A DNA stretch of 63,650 nt, filler included, from Octopus bimaculoides (Eukaryota), in the NCBI RefSeq assembly GCF_001194135.2. It is 5 parts of 5 records of this genome, joined end to end, with 100 filler letters (N's around TTAATTAATTAA, not from the genome) between each part and the next. Parts side by side here need not be neighbours in the genome. Positions count along the whole stretch, not along the records: positions 10,811 to 26,195 come from NC_068986.1; positions 26,296 to 33,384 come from NC_069007.1; positions 33,485 to 61,771 come from NC_068981.1; 2 more parts are not named here. One strand, written 5' to 3'. The notes under the pieces were generated by a model that worked only from the letters and a program-made list of their open reading frames with translations, was not told the DNA's origin and did no database searches. A program made the translations under genes and the position numbers. This document shows, one piece after another, positions 24,371 to 37,309 of the stretch; within the stretch, counting starts at the first letter, position 1; the number at the start of each line of letters is the position of its first letter.

Positions 24371-25090
24371 GAGACATGTGGTTGCAAAATATATTCATGT
24401 GATGTTACAAGCATTTCCTTTAATTCATTTTATATGTTAACACATTACATCCAGTAATAAATATGTTATGACTTATTACAAACATCTCACAAATTCTTAT
24501 TTCCTTGTCATTTACGTACAAGAAGGAGACCCTCTTTCTCACATGCAATTATGAAAATTATAGGATGTCACTTACTGACATTCACTATAAAATGATGGTG
24601 GTGGTGGTGGTGGTGGTGTTGGTGGTAGTAGTAGTAGTATTAGTAGTAGTATAAGATTATTTCTAACATATTTTGCCATGATAAAGTCCTACTGTGTATT
24701 TGTTGGTGGACTTTCAAATTTAGATTTGAATGAGAAGGATTTCTCATCTTTCCCAATTAAGAGGCTTCCTTCCTGTGTTCATTCGTCTGAGTGTTTTTAA
24801 GTGACTCTTTGTAATGAAATATTTCTTACATAACTCTCAGTGATGAACGTGACAGTGTTTATGATCTATAAGAGTACAATTAGCAGGGAAAGTTTTCCCA
24901 CATAACTTAAAATAAAACGGGTTTTCCCACTTACCAAATGTACTTTATTTCATCCACTGAATAAAACAGAAGTAGTATTAAATAAAACTAGCCCTCTGTG
25001 TATAATACTTAATACACATCATCATCATCATCAGCATCATTTAAAGTCCATTTTCCATGCTGGCATAGATTGGACGGTTTAACAGGAACT

Positions 25091-25266
25091 ATTGCACTGG
25101 GCTCACACTAGGCAAGAAGTTAAAAAAATTTTTGGCCTAAAACACTACCTGGACCCTAAGTAAGGCATGTGTAAGATTTGAATGAAATTGGTTGTGTAGT
25201 TCTCAAGTTTTAGGGATTCACACAGACAGACTCAAAGACACACATTCTCATCTTTATATATATATA
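25091..25266 (+). mobile_element. Helitron-like 3' fragment
   Basis: Homologous to 10129-10312, ending TTTATATATATATAG. Confidence 0.55.
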
Positions 25267-26115
25267 GTTATCATTTTGGTTGTTTGTGTGTTTCTGTATG
25301 TCTTTCAACATATAGACAATGCAACACAGCCTCTAAAACAAGACTTTCACTATAATGACAGGTTGTTGTTCTTGTTTTTGTTGAACAGGAAATATAGTGA
25401 GAGAGGGAGAGAATGAGATAAAGAGAGACAGACAGACAGAGTGGGGAGAGAAATAGAATTAAAATCTGTTTCAAGACAAAAAACAAACAGGTTGTTGTTG
25501 TGCATATCAATGTGATCACGGTATTAGCTTCTGCAGAAGTTTTTTTTAATCTTGGCAGCATAGTGATGGATGACTAATTATGTTAACAACAACAAAATAA
25601 TTTCTTATTTTTGAACTGGAGAGAGGTGGGGGGGGGAATCAACTATGACAATCCCAGCATTTCACTGGCACTTTATTCTATGGACTCCAGACAGATATAA
25701 GACAAAGCTGATTTCAGTAGGATTTGAACAAGTTTCATTCCTTTGTTTAATTGCCCATATGGTGAACTTGCAAGGTGAAAATTGTCAAAAAAGCTATTTT
25801 TTCACCTGGAACCACAGAGGCCTCTAAATATTATTTTACGCCTTGTACATCATCAATATTTTTATCATGGACAGATCAGTCCCCAAATTGAGGAAGCTCA
25901 CCAGAGGTTTCTGGTACTACACATCTTAACCTTATTGGGGACCCTTGAATGTTGATTTTTTTTTTTTTTTTCCCCACCCATGAAAAGGTTTATATTTGAA
26001 AGCCAATAACTCGAAAATAAAGGGAGACAGAGCGATTCCAATAGCAGATTCTGACAGGCTGGGTTCAAATTCAGTGAAACACTATGATTAGTTTTAAAGA
26101 TACGCAGCACCAAAA

Positions 26116-26195
26116 TCTGTATAAATTGATATCCGCGCTCCACAATTTATACAGAGCGCAGACATCTGTATAAATTGATAACCGCGCTCCACAAA
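26116..26195. repeat. 49-bp-period tandem unit containing a 13-bp perfect hairpin
   Basis: TCTGTATAAATTG (26116-26128) and CAATTTATACAGA (26143-26155); the unit restarts at 26165 and is cut by a gap. Confidence 0.75.
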
Positions 26196-26295
26196 NNNNN
26201 NNNNNNNNNNNNNNNNNNNNNNNNNNNNNNNNNNNNNNNTTAATTAATTAANNNNNNNNNNNNNNNNNNNNNNNNNNNNNNNNNNNNNNNNNNNN

Positions 26296-26600
26296 GTGGG
26301 TGTTTATTGAGCGAAAACACCTAAAACTCCACGAGGCTCCGGCAGGGGATGGTGGCGAACCCTGCTGTACTCTTTCACCACAACTTTCTCTCACTCTTTC
26401 TTCCTGTTTCTGTTGTGCCTGTAGTTCAAAGGGTCAGCCTTGTCACACTGTGTCACGCTGAATATCCCCGAGAACTATGTTAAGGGTACACGTGTCTGTG
26501 GAGTGCTCAGCCACTTGCACGTTAATTTCACGAGCAGGCTGTTCCGTTGATCGGATCAACTGGAACCCTCGTCGTCGTAACGGACAGAGTGCCAACAACA
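26296..26600 (+). mobile_element. Probable SINE/retroposon of a further family
   Basis: GC-rich, non-coding, ending CCCTCGTCGTCGTAACGGACAGAGTGCCAACAACA; single copy here, so the call is inferred. Confidence 0.45.
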
Positions 26601-27027
26601 TATTTGTGTGTGTGTGAAGGCAATTGACCTAGTTGCACTTATGATTGTGAGATCATAGTTTCAATTCCCAAACTGGTTGCATGCTGTATTCTTGAGCAAA
26701 ATACTTCATTTTATGTTGCTTCGGTTCACTCAATGGTAAATGACTAACCCAGTGACAGAAAAACCTTCCAATCAGGAGAAATGTTGGTCTGCTCACCGAG
26801 CCAGTAAGATGGCATCATTTGAAAGCTAAGATAATGGAAAGCACATTGAGCTGGTTTTTGCTGCTGTGCCTATCTCCTGAGTTGATTTCTTCAGATGTCT
26901 AAGTTTCAGACTTGTCTTCTGCAGGAAACAGTGCATTGATCTAGCTGGAAATCTGTGGCATCTGACTTCGATAGGGAACGAGGCAATAAGCCATCCCTTA
27001 ACGAGGGTCTTATCATATGGTACATCA

Positions 27028-27520
27028 CCTCATCATCATCAGCATTGTTTAACATCCATTTCTCATGCTGACATACTTGACAGTTCGACAAGAGCTGAAC
27101 AGCCAGGGACCCGTCCAGACTCCAATTGTCTGCTGCGGTATGGATTCTACAGCTGGATACTATTCCTAATGTCACGGCACCCGGCACACACTTAACAGAG
27201 TGTGTTAGGTGCCATTTACATGCCACTGGCACAAGTGCATTTAAGCAGTACTGGCACGAATGCATTTTATGCGGCACCGACACCTGCAAAGGACAAACCC
27301 GTATGTATGGATAACCATGATTTTAGTTAGCCTGACACATTTTCTCAAGTACAACAAATCATCACAACTCCCAGTTGCTTGTCATTTCCTCAGTGGGGCC
27401 CAGCATCTGAAGACTTTGTCTCATGTCTTCTTGGGTCTACCCCTTCCACATGTTCTCCCCAAAATTAGAGTTCAGCACTTCTTTATGCAGCTGTCCTCAT
27501 CCACACACATCCCGAGACAC
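27028..27520 (-). mobile_element. RTE LINE 3' end (ORF C-terminus + UTR + (GAT)n tail)
   Basis: Minus DEDSCIKKC*TL..TCGRGRPKKT matches the DEDSCVKKCHTL of 21200; links the tail family to RTE. Confidence 0.85.
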
Positions 27521-27625
27521 ACACACACACACACGTGATTTTTCTAGAATGTTCTCAAAGCTAATAGAAAGCTGAAAGCAGTTCATTTTATTGTTAAACG
27601 ATGTGTAAATATAGAAAATATTGAA

Positions 27626-28008
27626 TACTCTTTACTCTTTTACTTGTTTCAGTCATTTGAATGCGGCCATGCTGGAGCACCGCCTTTAGTCGAGCAAATC
27701 CACCCCAGGACTTATTCTTTGGAAGCCTAGTACTTACTCTATCGATCTCTTTTGCCAAACCGCTAAGTTACGGGGACGCAAACACACCAGCATCGGTCGT
27801 CAAGTGAAGCTGGGGGGACAAACACGGACACAAACATATACACACACATACATATATATATATACATATATACGACGGGCTTCTTTCAGTTTCTGTTTAC
27901 CAAATCCACTCACAAAGCTTTGGTCGGCCCGAGGCTATAGTAGAAGACACTTGCCCAAAGTGCCACGCAGTGGGACTGAACCCAGAACCATGTGGTTGGT
28001 AAGCAAGC
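27626..28008 (-). mobile_element. SINE family B
   Basis: (TAAAAGAG)n-type tail, core and partial head present. Confidence 0.88.
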
Positions 28009-28556
28009 TATAGTCTTAAATTTTACATATTCTTTTAAATGGTAAATTTTATGATTTGCGAAAAATCATATAAAACTAGTAAAATGGTTAAAAAATTTTC
28101 TATTTTATAATTGATTAGCTTATGGCTGTGACTTTAAAAATTTAGCTAAAACCTATTTAAAAAAAACATCATCATTATAATAACTATTATCATCATCATC
28201 ATTACCATCACTATCATGACCATCATCATCATCACCATTGTCATCACGATCATCATCAGCATCATTATCCACATCACCATCATCATTACTTTCGTCATCA
28301 CAATCATCATCACCATCGACATGATCATCATTATTGTTTTTATGTTCATTTCCTCCTTCTTCCCTGCACCCCCCCTGCCTCACCATGTTGACATGGGATG
28401 GAGGACTTAATCAGGCAGCAGTATAAAGCTAGATGCCTTTCCTGTCACCAACCTTTACCTCCTCTTTCAAGAAAGGTATTTTTATTCCTGCTTGGCTTCT
28501 TACAAAACAACCAAATTTTATAGTTCAGATAGGTGCATTGATATTGTTTCATAGCC

Positions 28557-28718
28557 GCAGGAGTGGCTGTGTGGTAAGTAGCTTGCTTACCAACCACATG
28601 GTTCAGGATTCATTCCCACTGCGTGGCACCTTGGGCAACTGTCTTCTACTATAGCCTCGGACCGACCAAAGCCTTGTGAGTGGATTTGGTAGACGGAAAT
28701 TTTAAAAGAAGCCTGTCG

Positions 28719-28751
<33 letters not shown>

Positions 28752-28946
28752 CTGTGTTTGTCCCCCCAACATCGCTTAACAACTGATGTTTGTGTGTTTA
28801 CGGCCCCGTAACATAGCAGTTTGGCTTAACAGACCGATAGAATAAGTACTAGGCTTACAAAGAATAATTCCTGGGATCGATTTGCTTGACTAAAGGTGGT
28901 GCCCCAGCATGGCCACAGTCAAATGACTGAAACAAGTAAAAGAGTA
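28557..28946 (+). mobile_element. SINE family B, full length
   Basis: GCAGGAGTGGCTGTGTGG head with A/B-box-like segments, CCTTGGGCAAC core, tail CAGCATGGCCACAGTCAAATGACTGAAACAAGTAAAAGAG. Confidence 0.9.
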
Positions 28947-29059
28947 CTTGACAGATATTCCAAATAAATTGGCCTTTGAGAGAGATTGAGTGAAAGTACA
29001 AGAAAAATGATAATGTTTAATAAATTATTAGCAAAGTATCCCTTAAGCTGTGCTATTAA

Positions 29060-29450
29060 CCCTTTTGTTACTATACATCCATTGAAATTCATTGCTTTTG
29101 TTTCAATTAATTTCGAAAATAACGAAGGGTGTAATAAAATAAACTGCACAAAGCTGATGTTTAGAACATAAATTAACACAAAATTTCGATAAAAGATGTT
29201 AATTTAGATCACATGAAAATGGAAATTCTGTATCATAGACTCTGGGGCAGTTTCAGATGGGTCGGCATCAAGAAGACTGACCTTTTGCTATTATATTTTG
29301 ATTGAAATTCTCTGCTTTTGTTTCAATTAATTTTGAAAATAATGAATTCAGTTAAATAACTTTGTTATTAATTTCAATTTAGATTCTTTCAAACAAGGAA
29401 TTTATATCATAAAACCAAAGGTGAGCCATGCATTTTCATATTAAAAAAGG
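29060..29450. mobile_element. Possible piggyBac-like MITE
   Basis: TTAA|CCCTTTT left end and degenerate AAAAGG|TTAG right end; internal duplicated segment. Confidence 0.35.
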
Positions 29451-29802
29451 TTAGAGACCTTCGTACCTTGACGATTCAAATATTTTAAGGGTGTGATGTC
29501 TAGCAGGTCAATAAACCACATTGGGGTTTCCTGCATTGGCTCACATGCTTCACCAATGAGTAGCTGTTAAAATCAATATTTATCACATTTAAACCAGGAT
29601 GGTTTTATAGTATTGCAGAATGTTAGTGAAGGGTAGCTGCCTGTAATTCCATCCATCCTTATCTTTCGTTGACGCGAGATAACACAGACAATGTTCCAAA
29701 CTCATATATGTAATTGAATTCATGTTGTGTGTCCGCAAAGCTATGCTCCTTATCTCTGTTCAATAACCAATAACCAATCAATACACACACACACACACAC
29801 AC

Positions 29803-29835
<33 letters not shown>

Positions 29836-30681
29836 NNNNNNNNNNNNNNNNNNNNNNNNNNNNNNNNNNNNNNNNNNNNNNNNNNNNNNNNNNNNNNNNN
29901 NNNNNNNNNNNNNNNNNNNNNNNNNNNNNNNNNNNNNNNNNNNNNNNNNNNNNNNNNNNNNNNNNNNNNNNNNNNNNNNNNNNNNNNNNNNNNNNNNNNN
30001 NNNNNNNNNNNNNNNNNNNNNNNNNNNNNNNNNNNNNNNNNNNNNNNNNNNNNNNNNNNNNNNNNNNNNNNNNNNNNNNNNNNNNNNNNNNNNNNNNNNN
30101 NNNNNNNNNNNNNNNNNNNNNNNNNNNNNNNNNNNNNNNNNNNNNNNNNNNNNNNNNNNNNNNNNNNNNNNNNNNNNNNNNNNNNNNNNNNNNNNNNNNN
30201 NNNNNNNNNNNNNNNNNNNNNNNNNNNNNNNNNNNNNNNNNNNNNNNNNNNNNNNNNNNNNNNNNNNNNNNNNNNNNNNNNNNNNNNNNNNNNNNNNNNN
30301 NNNNNNNNNNNNNNNNNNNNNNNNNNNNNNNNNNNNNNNNNNNNNNNNNNNNNNNNNNNNNNNNNNNNNNNNNNNNNNNNNNNNNNNNNNNNNNNNNNNN
30401 NNNNNNNNNNNNNNNNNNNNNNNNNNNNNNNNNNNNNNNNNNNNNNNNNNNNNNNNNNNNNNNNNNNNNNNNNNNNNNNNNNNNNNNNNNNNNNNNNNNN
30501 NNNNNNNNNNNNNNNNNNNNNNNNNNNNNNNNNNNNNNNNNNNNNNNNNNNNNNNNNNNNNNNNNNNNTTTCAAAAGAATCAAGAATTTACAGAAATTTA
30601 GGTGTGGCTGGGTGTTAAGAAATTTGCTAAGCAAACACATGGCTTCAGGTTCGATTCCACTGCATGGCTTCTTGGACCTGC

Positions 30682-30915
30682 AGGGAACTCATAAAAGGCG
30701 GAGAGGGGACGTAAGTTCGTTTGCCCGAACATGAGAAATTATGGATTTCTCATTGGTTGAAAATTACTGTCCATACACGAATCCACGTGAAAAACTTCTT
30801 CAACGAAGTTCAGAATTCGGATATGGACAGTAATTTTCAACCAATGAGAAATCCATAATTTCTCATGTTTGGGCAAACGAACTTACATCCTCTCTCCGCC
30901 TCTTATGAGTTCGCT
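30682..30915. mobile_element. Foldback/MITE with ~91-bp inverted arms
   Basis: Arms 30685-30775 and 30822-30912 are reverse-complementary with only a few mismatches; 46-bp spacer. Confidence 0.85.
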
Positions 30916-31289
30916 ACACACCTATGATAAAAGATGAAGACACTTGTTCAAGGTAATATGCAGTGGGATTGAAACTGAAACCTCTTGTATTGCAAAGTAA
31001 GTGTCTTAATCGTACAGCAATGCCAATGTCTTTTATCTTCTAACTTTTACTTGTTTCTGTCATTTGACTGTGGCCATGCTGGAGCACTCTCTTGAAGAAC
31101 ATTTCTTCTTAGTCTGGTACTTATTTTATCGTTTTTTTTTAATGAACTGCTAAGTGATGGTCGACTTTGCCTTTCCTTCTTTGAGGTGGATAAAATGAGT
31201 ACCAGTTGGAAACTGGGGTTGATGTGATTGACTTACCCTCTCCCTTAAAACTGCTGGCCTTGTACCAAAATTTGAAATTATGAGTCCAC

Positions 31290-31435
31290 TCTGCTGGGTG
31301 GTTGGTGCCAGGAAGAGCATCCAGCCATAAAATCCCTGCCAAAACAGACACAGAAGTCTTTTGCAGTCTTCTGTCTGGCCGACTCCTAACAAATTATCCA
31401 ACCCATGCCAGCATTAAACGAGGATGATGATGATA
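31290..31435 (+). mobile_element. RTE 3' tail, decayed
   Basis: GGAAGAGCATCCAGCC..CCAACCCATGCCAGCATTAAACGAGGATGATG. Confidence 0.7.
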
Positions 31436-31495
31436 ATGTGTATATGTGTGTGTTTGAGTCTCCTGTGTGCATGCATATGTGTAAGTTTATGTCTT

Positions 31496-31575
<80 letters not shown>

Positions 31576-31885
31576 TTGCTTGTTTCCAGTTTTCAGTGAA
31601 AACATGTCCAGCCACAAGGAAATATTACCTTGATGGAAACAGGTAAATGTTAGTGACAGGTAGGGCATCCAGCTGTAGAAAATCTGCCTCAATGAACTCA
31701 ATGAATTTTATTTGATCCTTCAGCTGAGGAAAAGTGGACAAAAAAGGTAACAAAGTCATGACTGCATATTGCATATTTCAATAAATATGAAATTTGCAGT
31801 TAAAATATATAGAGTTAGGATTGAACGTGACATATTTAAATATAATAAATGTATAAAGGAACGAAAAGTGTTTATTGCTATTTCA

Positions 31886-32356
31886 AAATGGCTGCTCCAT
31901 AGGAACTGACGTTACTATCATTTTAACCACAGCTGGTTATCAATACAATATGCACCCAATATATATTGCAAGCAGGGAAGTGAATCCTTACACTTTTCCA
32001 GCAACAGGACCCTGTTTACAATATGTATTGGGTGCAGACTGCATCGAATAACCAGCTGGAGGAGGTGTCCTCCTGGGGTTAAAATGGTAGTAACATTAGT
32101 TTCTTATTTCTTTACTGCCCACAAGGGGCTACACACAGAAGGGACAAACAAGGACTGACAAACGAATTTAGTTGATTATATCGACTCCAGTGTGTAACTG
32201 GTACTTATTCAATCGACCCCGAAAGGATGAAAGGCAAAGTTGACCTCGGCGGAATTTGAACTCAGAACACAGCGGCAGACAAAATACCGCTAAGCATTTT
32301 GCCAGGCATGCTAGCTCGCCACCTAGTAACATTAGTTTCTGCAAAGCAGTCACATT
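31886..32356. mobile_element. Older foldback MITE with a SINE inserted in its right arm
   Basis: Left arm 31886-31977 pairs imperfectly with 32010-32104 + 32341-32356. Confidence 0.7.
32105..32323 (-). mobile_element. SINE family A (alternative tail) with 17-bp TSD
   Basis: TAGTAACATTAGTTTCT at 32088-32104 and 32324-32340. Confidence 0.9.
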
Positions 32357-33214
32357 GAGGTGGTATTAAACATTACTTCTCAGTATAGTTACTGCTTTCG
32401 CCTCTCATAAAGAGATTTTCTAACAAGCTAACTTGCTTTTTGGAACCAAAATTATTAAGTAGAATTTTTAAAATAGTGAAAAATTTGAAGTCATTTATTA
32501 AAAAAAACTACATTTTTTTCCCATTCTTCAACTGATTTATGAACAGAACAAAAAATTCTTTGATAAGATTAGGGTTGAATGTTTTAATTTAAATATAATT
32601 CACAATGGATGGCTTTTGCCATTTGTTTTTCCATTAAAGGACTAGGAATGGTCTTAAGTAGGATTTTGAAAATATTCAAGAATTTGGAAGGATTTTTTGA
32701 AATAACTTTCTTCTCATTCAGGCAGTTCTTGGAACATAGCAAAAGGTAAAAATTAAGATGGAATGATTTAATTTCAATGTAATTAATTTTCAATGGATGG
32801 GATTGGTCTCTCCAGGTTGAGCCACTGGTTCTCTGCATTGAAAGATCAGAGTTCTGGTACTGCAGATATGTGAGTAGAATATCACAAGAAAGAAGCACAA
32901 GGCAGATTCATCAAGCTGAACCAACAGGCAGAAAACCTTGGAGTAGACCAAGAATGAGATGATTGGATAATATACATAAGACTGAAATAAATGGTTCTCT
33001 CAAGAATTGAATTGGCGACATAATTAAATGATAGCTTTTAAGGTAAAATTATAATAGAAAAGTAGATGTGTAGTAAGAAGCTTACTTTTTAACCCCATAG
33101 CTCCATGTTCAGTCCCACTGTGGGGGCACCTTGACCGAGTGTCTTTCCACTATAGCCTTGGGCTAACCAAAGCCTTGTGAGTGGATTTGGTAGACAGAAA
33201 CTGAAAGAAGCCTA

Positions 33215-33384
33215 TCAGATCGCTAACCACTACACACATTTTTTTCAATGCTTGTTTCTCTCCCTGTTTCTTTCTATGTTCCTTTCCGTGGAAGAGCATA
33301 GGCTCGAAACATTAAAGACTTTCTCACTTCCCAAGCGTTATATCAATACATGTGTTTGTTTTCTACACCACCTGTCTTCGTCTT
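33215..33384 (+). mobile_element. PLE pLTR-like remnant with degenerate hammerhead motif
   Basis: CCGTGGA-A-GAGC-ATAG-GCTC-GAAAC-ATTA at 33286-33314: perfect stem II plus GAAAC, with a mutated CUGANGA. Confidence 0.5.
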
Positions 33385-33484
33385 NNNNNNNNNNNNNNNN
33401 NNNNNNNNNNNNNNNNNNNNNNNNNNNNTTAATTAATTAANNNNNNNNNNNNNNNNNNNNNNNNNNNNNNNNNNNNNNNNNNNN

Positions 33485-33557
<73 letters not shown>

Positions 33558-35800
33558 AGACGTTGCACAGTATCCAATATTGGTATGTAGCTGTTTAAAG
33601 ATATTGTGTGTACCTGGGTTTGTACTATCTGTCAAGTCACATGGACTCAAACATACACTACGTTACGCAATATGCGTGCAGTTCCAAGTAACGCCATTTT
33701 TTGCAATACACCTAGATTGGTGGGGCATTTCTAAAGTTTCCAGATGTTTTTTTTTTAAGACTGGGTGATATTGAAACCCAATGCTCCGATAACAATAGGG
33801 ACAGCCTTTATGCTTGACTCTCGTAGCTGCTAAATCTTAACGATCTCAATTCGCAGGTCCCATATTTATTAATATTTTTTGCTTCTTTCATGATAATATG
33901 TCACGTCGATCATTAGATACACTCGTTTGATAACTACATTCAGCCTCCAGTGCTCTAACACATTGTCTGTCTGGAAGTCAAAGTTCCAGAGCATTTTTGC
34001 CTTCTTTACGCCCATTACCTTTTCCGGTGTATGTTGGTATCAAGCACCTATTTCCTCGTATTCGTACTTCCGGCATAGTAGCCAGCAAATGTGCTGGACT
34101 ACCTTATCGTGTCTGGGCTTGTAGTCTTTCTGCGCAAGACTTTCCCAGGGACTAACAATATGAGTCACGCTTTCAACCCTCTCCCCACACAATCTGCAGA
34201 GGTTCGTTGCACTTGTGTTTTATATATCCCTTTTCACTGAGTTGCTGGTATTCAATGCCTGATTCTGGGCAGTGATGATTAGGCTTGCAGTATTCTTTTT
34301 TTTAGGTCACCCTTGCTGAGTCACATTCATGATGATTCCTGGGCTTTTAATTTGTTCGTTTCACGACGGAACTGGCCATGTAATTCCATGCGGAATAGGT
34401 TTTTTTTTCTCTCTCGTTGGTAGTTCGTGATCAGAATTCATGACACTCGCGCGTCCAGTTTTACACCTCTTTATTTAGAGCCTGCGTACATTCGCCTTTG
34501 GGTGGAGAGCACCATGCACTGTCACTGTCTTTCGAGTAGTGCTATCGAGTGGGTTAACCTCCGCTTGTGTCCATTTCAGGATGGGGTGCAGTATAGCAAA
34601 CTACAGCAACAGTCCATTTGTTGATGGCAATCACGATGTTCCTTGAGTTGAGTTCTGATTTCAAGAGAAGCTTGAGGTGCTTCAAATATGCGGTGATGAC
34701 CTTGTCTTTCATTTCTCTATGCAAGATATTATCCAGCTCCAGGATCCCAAGGTATTTGTATCCATCATCATTCGAGTCTTCCATTCTCTCTCTGTTTGGC
34801 AATTCTATGCCCCTAGAATCTGCTCTTTACCCCTTTTCGAGATTCGAGATACCGAATTCCATCCCTATATCCTTGCTGCATATATGCACAGTCTTAAACA
34901 GCCTCTCCATTTCAGACTCTGTTTTTACGAACAGTTTAAAATCATCCGTGTAGGGAAGGTGATTGAGACGAGATCCATTGATTCTCAGCTCATAGTGTGC
35001 CTTGACTTTGCGCAGGGCTACAAAAATTGGGATCAAGGCTATAACCAATAACAAAGGTGAACAAGAGTCTCCCTGAAAGATACCTCTGTGGATTGTTACC
35101 TTGGTTAATTGCTGGTTGTTACAGAAAACATGTGTTTTCTAGCTAGGCATGCTGTTCTTAATCAGAGCACACATGTTCTCAGCTATTCCAAACATGTTGA
35201 GTGTTTCCAAAATCCACGAATGCGGCGATATATCGTAAGCCTTTTAAAATTCTATCCAGGCCATGCGCAAGATCTTTGGTACCGTTTACAGTTTTTCATT
35301 ACAACCTTGTGTATCACAAGGTGGTCGTTAGTGCCCTTCGATCCTTTTCAGCATTCTTTGTATTCTGCGGGAAGTAAATTGTTTTCCGCAAGGAACGTAT
35401 ATCTTTTCCCAGCAAGGGTGCATGTTAACACTTTGAATAGGAGGTTAAAGCAAGCAATGGGTGGGTAATTGCCAGCCTCATTGGCCTTTGACCGATCTTT
35501 CATCAACAATGTTGTCTTTCCCTCTACAATTCACTCCAGAATTGCACCACTCTGTAGGCAACTGTCTAATTGCAACGCATTTCACTTGTGTGTTGACCTA
35601 AACCACTTGCGCCAGTAGCCTTGAATTCTGCCTAGCCCTGCCCTTTCCCAGTTTGGCAGTTGTGATACCTGTGCAATAACACCTTCCGTTGTTAAGCGCA
35701 AATGGCCTTGTCATGGAGTTCGGATCTCAGGAAACGAATCCATTCAACACTGTGTTTGTGGAAAACTTCTTGCCCCCAGAGGTTATTCCAAAATTTATAC
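33485..35800 (-). mobile_element. R4/Dong-like RLE LINE, decayed (RT, CCHC-type region, RLE, (TAA)n tail)
   Basis: Minus: RGIFQGDS..PLLLVIALIP, LNHLPYTDDFKLF, YKYLGILE, CRLCGERVESVTHIVS..RHDKV, C-terminal LGTAHI; (TAA)n at 33485-33555. Confidence 0.9.
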
Positions 35801-36717
35801 TATTATGAAGAGCAATAATGTCAATAGAAATTTATATCAATAGAAATCGATACAATTTTGTGAAGAGTGAAGTCTTGTAAGATATGTATAGCATCACAAA
35901 ACTACATAAAATGCAGTGATTCTCCGTGTATTTTTGTAAATTGTGTTGCTATATATTGTCTTCATGAATATCATATACAAAGACTTATATTGTCGCTTGC
36001 ATTCCGATATATTTTATATATCGATGATGTGTACTGATTTCTTGTTCGTGTAATGGCATACTTTAGTCAGAATCAACGGCATATTAAATCTCTATATTGG
36101 GACTCTATGAACGTTCTTGACCATATTGTCAGTGCGTTGTGCTCACAATATTAAGGTCGAGGGTACGATTCTTACACACGTGTTTCCGGTTCACGCAACT
36201 GAAATATGAGTGTCAGCCCTGTGCTGGTACAACCATTTCTCACTCCAGATATATCTTGAATTTTCAATCTTGAACTGAAAATTGCGTCAGTGATTTTTAT
36301 CTAAGCCTGTTCGTGACTAAATATTTATTAATATAAAAAAAAAACCGAAGCATAATACACGCTATTAAGTCATACTTGCCTGCGAGTGACAGACTTAGTT
36401 TGACGGGACTCAAAATAAGAATACATAATGTGAATTAAATTAAATTATCCAATATTAATTATGACAAGAGAAATAATAAAGATTAATGTAGCTTCTTCGC
36501 TACCAGTATTATATTATTTTTATAGACAATGTTAAAGATGTTAATGTGGAGGCATATCAATTCTACTATAACTTTTCAATTAATTTCTGTTTTGTAATTT
36601 TTAAGATGCCATTCAAATAGCGTAGAAAAAACTACTACTATGATGTCGGTAGAATACTGGTATTATTTCATCGACATCGAATTTATTCGATTCAGTTAAT
36701 GGGTGACATCAAACTTA

Positions 36718-36947
36718 TTGGGTTGGTGCATAATTACCGCGGCGTTTTTTCAACAAACTTTATTCAACAAAAACAATAGCAATATTTAACAAAAAACATA
36801 TTTAAATGACAGTCTGACTGTCTGCCAAGCAAATGGGAAGCAGTAATTGAAGTAGATAGTGAATATGCTCCGGAATAATCATTAAAAGATGTTTTTGTTG
36901 AATAAAATTTGTTGAGAAAAAGCCGCAATAATTATGCACCAACCCAA
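36718..36947 (+). mobile_element. mariner-type MITE, TA TSD, ~58-bp TIRs
   Basis: TA|TTGGGTTGGTGCATAATTA ... TAATTATGCACCAACCCAA|TA; internal LPSKWEAVIEVDSEYAPE* resembles a mariner transposase C-terminus. Confidence 0.88.
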
Positions 36948-37165
36948 TACATATGCTAAAATAGCTATAAATTGTTTGAAGAAACTATTCTACAGAACTT
37001 CAATGAAAAGTTAGTAACTCTGCCTTACATGAGCTTCCAGGTTAATACAGTATATGCGCGTGTNNNNNNNNNNNNNNNNNNNNNNNNNNNNNNNNNNNNN
37101 NNNNNNNNNNNNNNNNNNNNNNNNNNNNNNNNNNNNNNNNNNNNNNNNNNNNNNNNNNNNNNNNN

Positions 37166-37205
<40 letters not shown>

Positions 37206-37309
37206 TGTGTATGTGTGTGTGTGTGTGTGCGCGTGTGTGTGTTAAATAAAATGAGACAAAAAATCATCCAAGGCTATGTGGAAGTTTCAATACATTTATA
37301 AAGAGAAAG

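Noticed and set aside
28557-28630. tRNA genes at SINE heads (also 17200-17270, 30600-30670, 51243-51310)
   Set aside because: A/B-box-like motifs only; no cloverleaf, and they run directly into SINE bodies.
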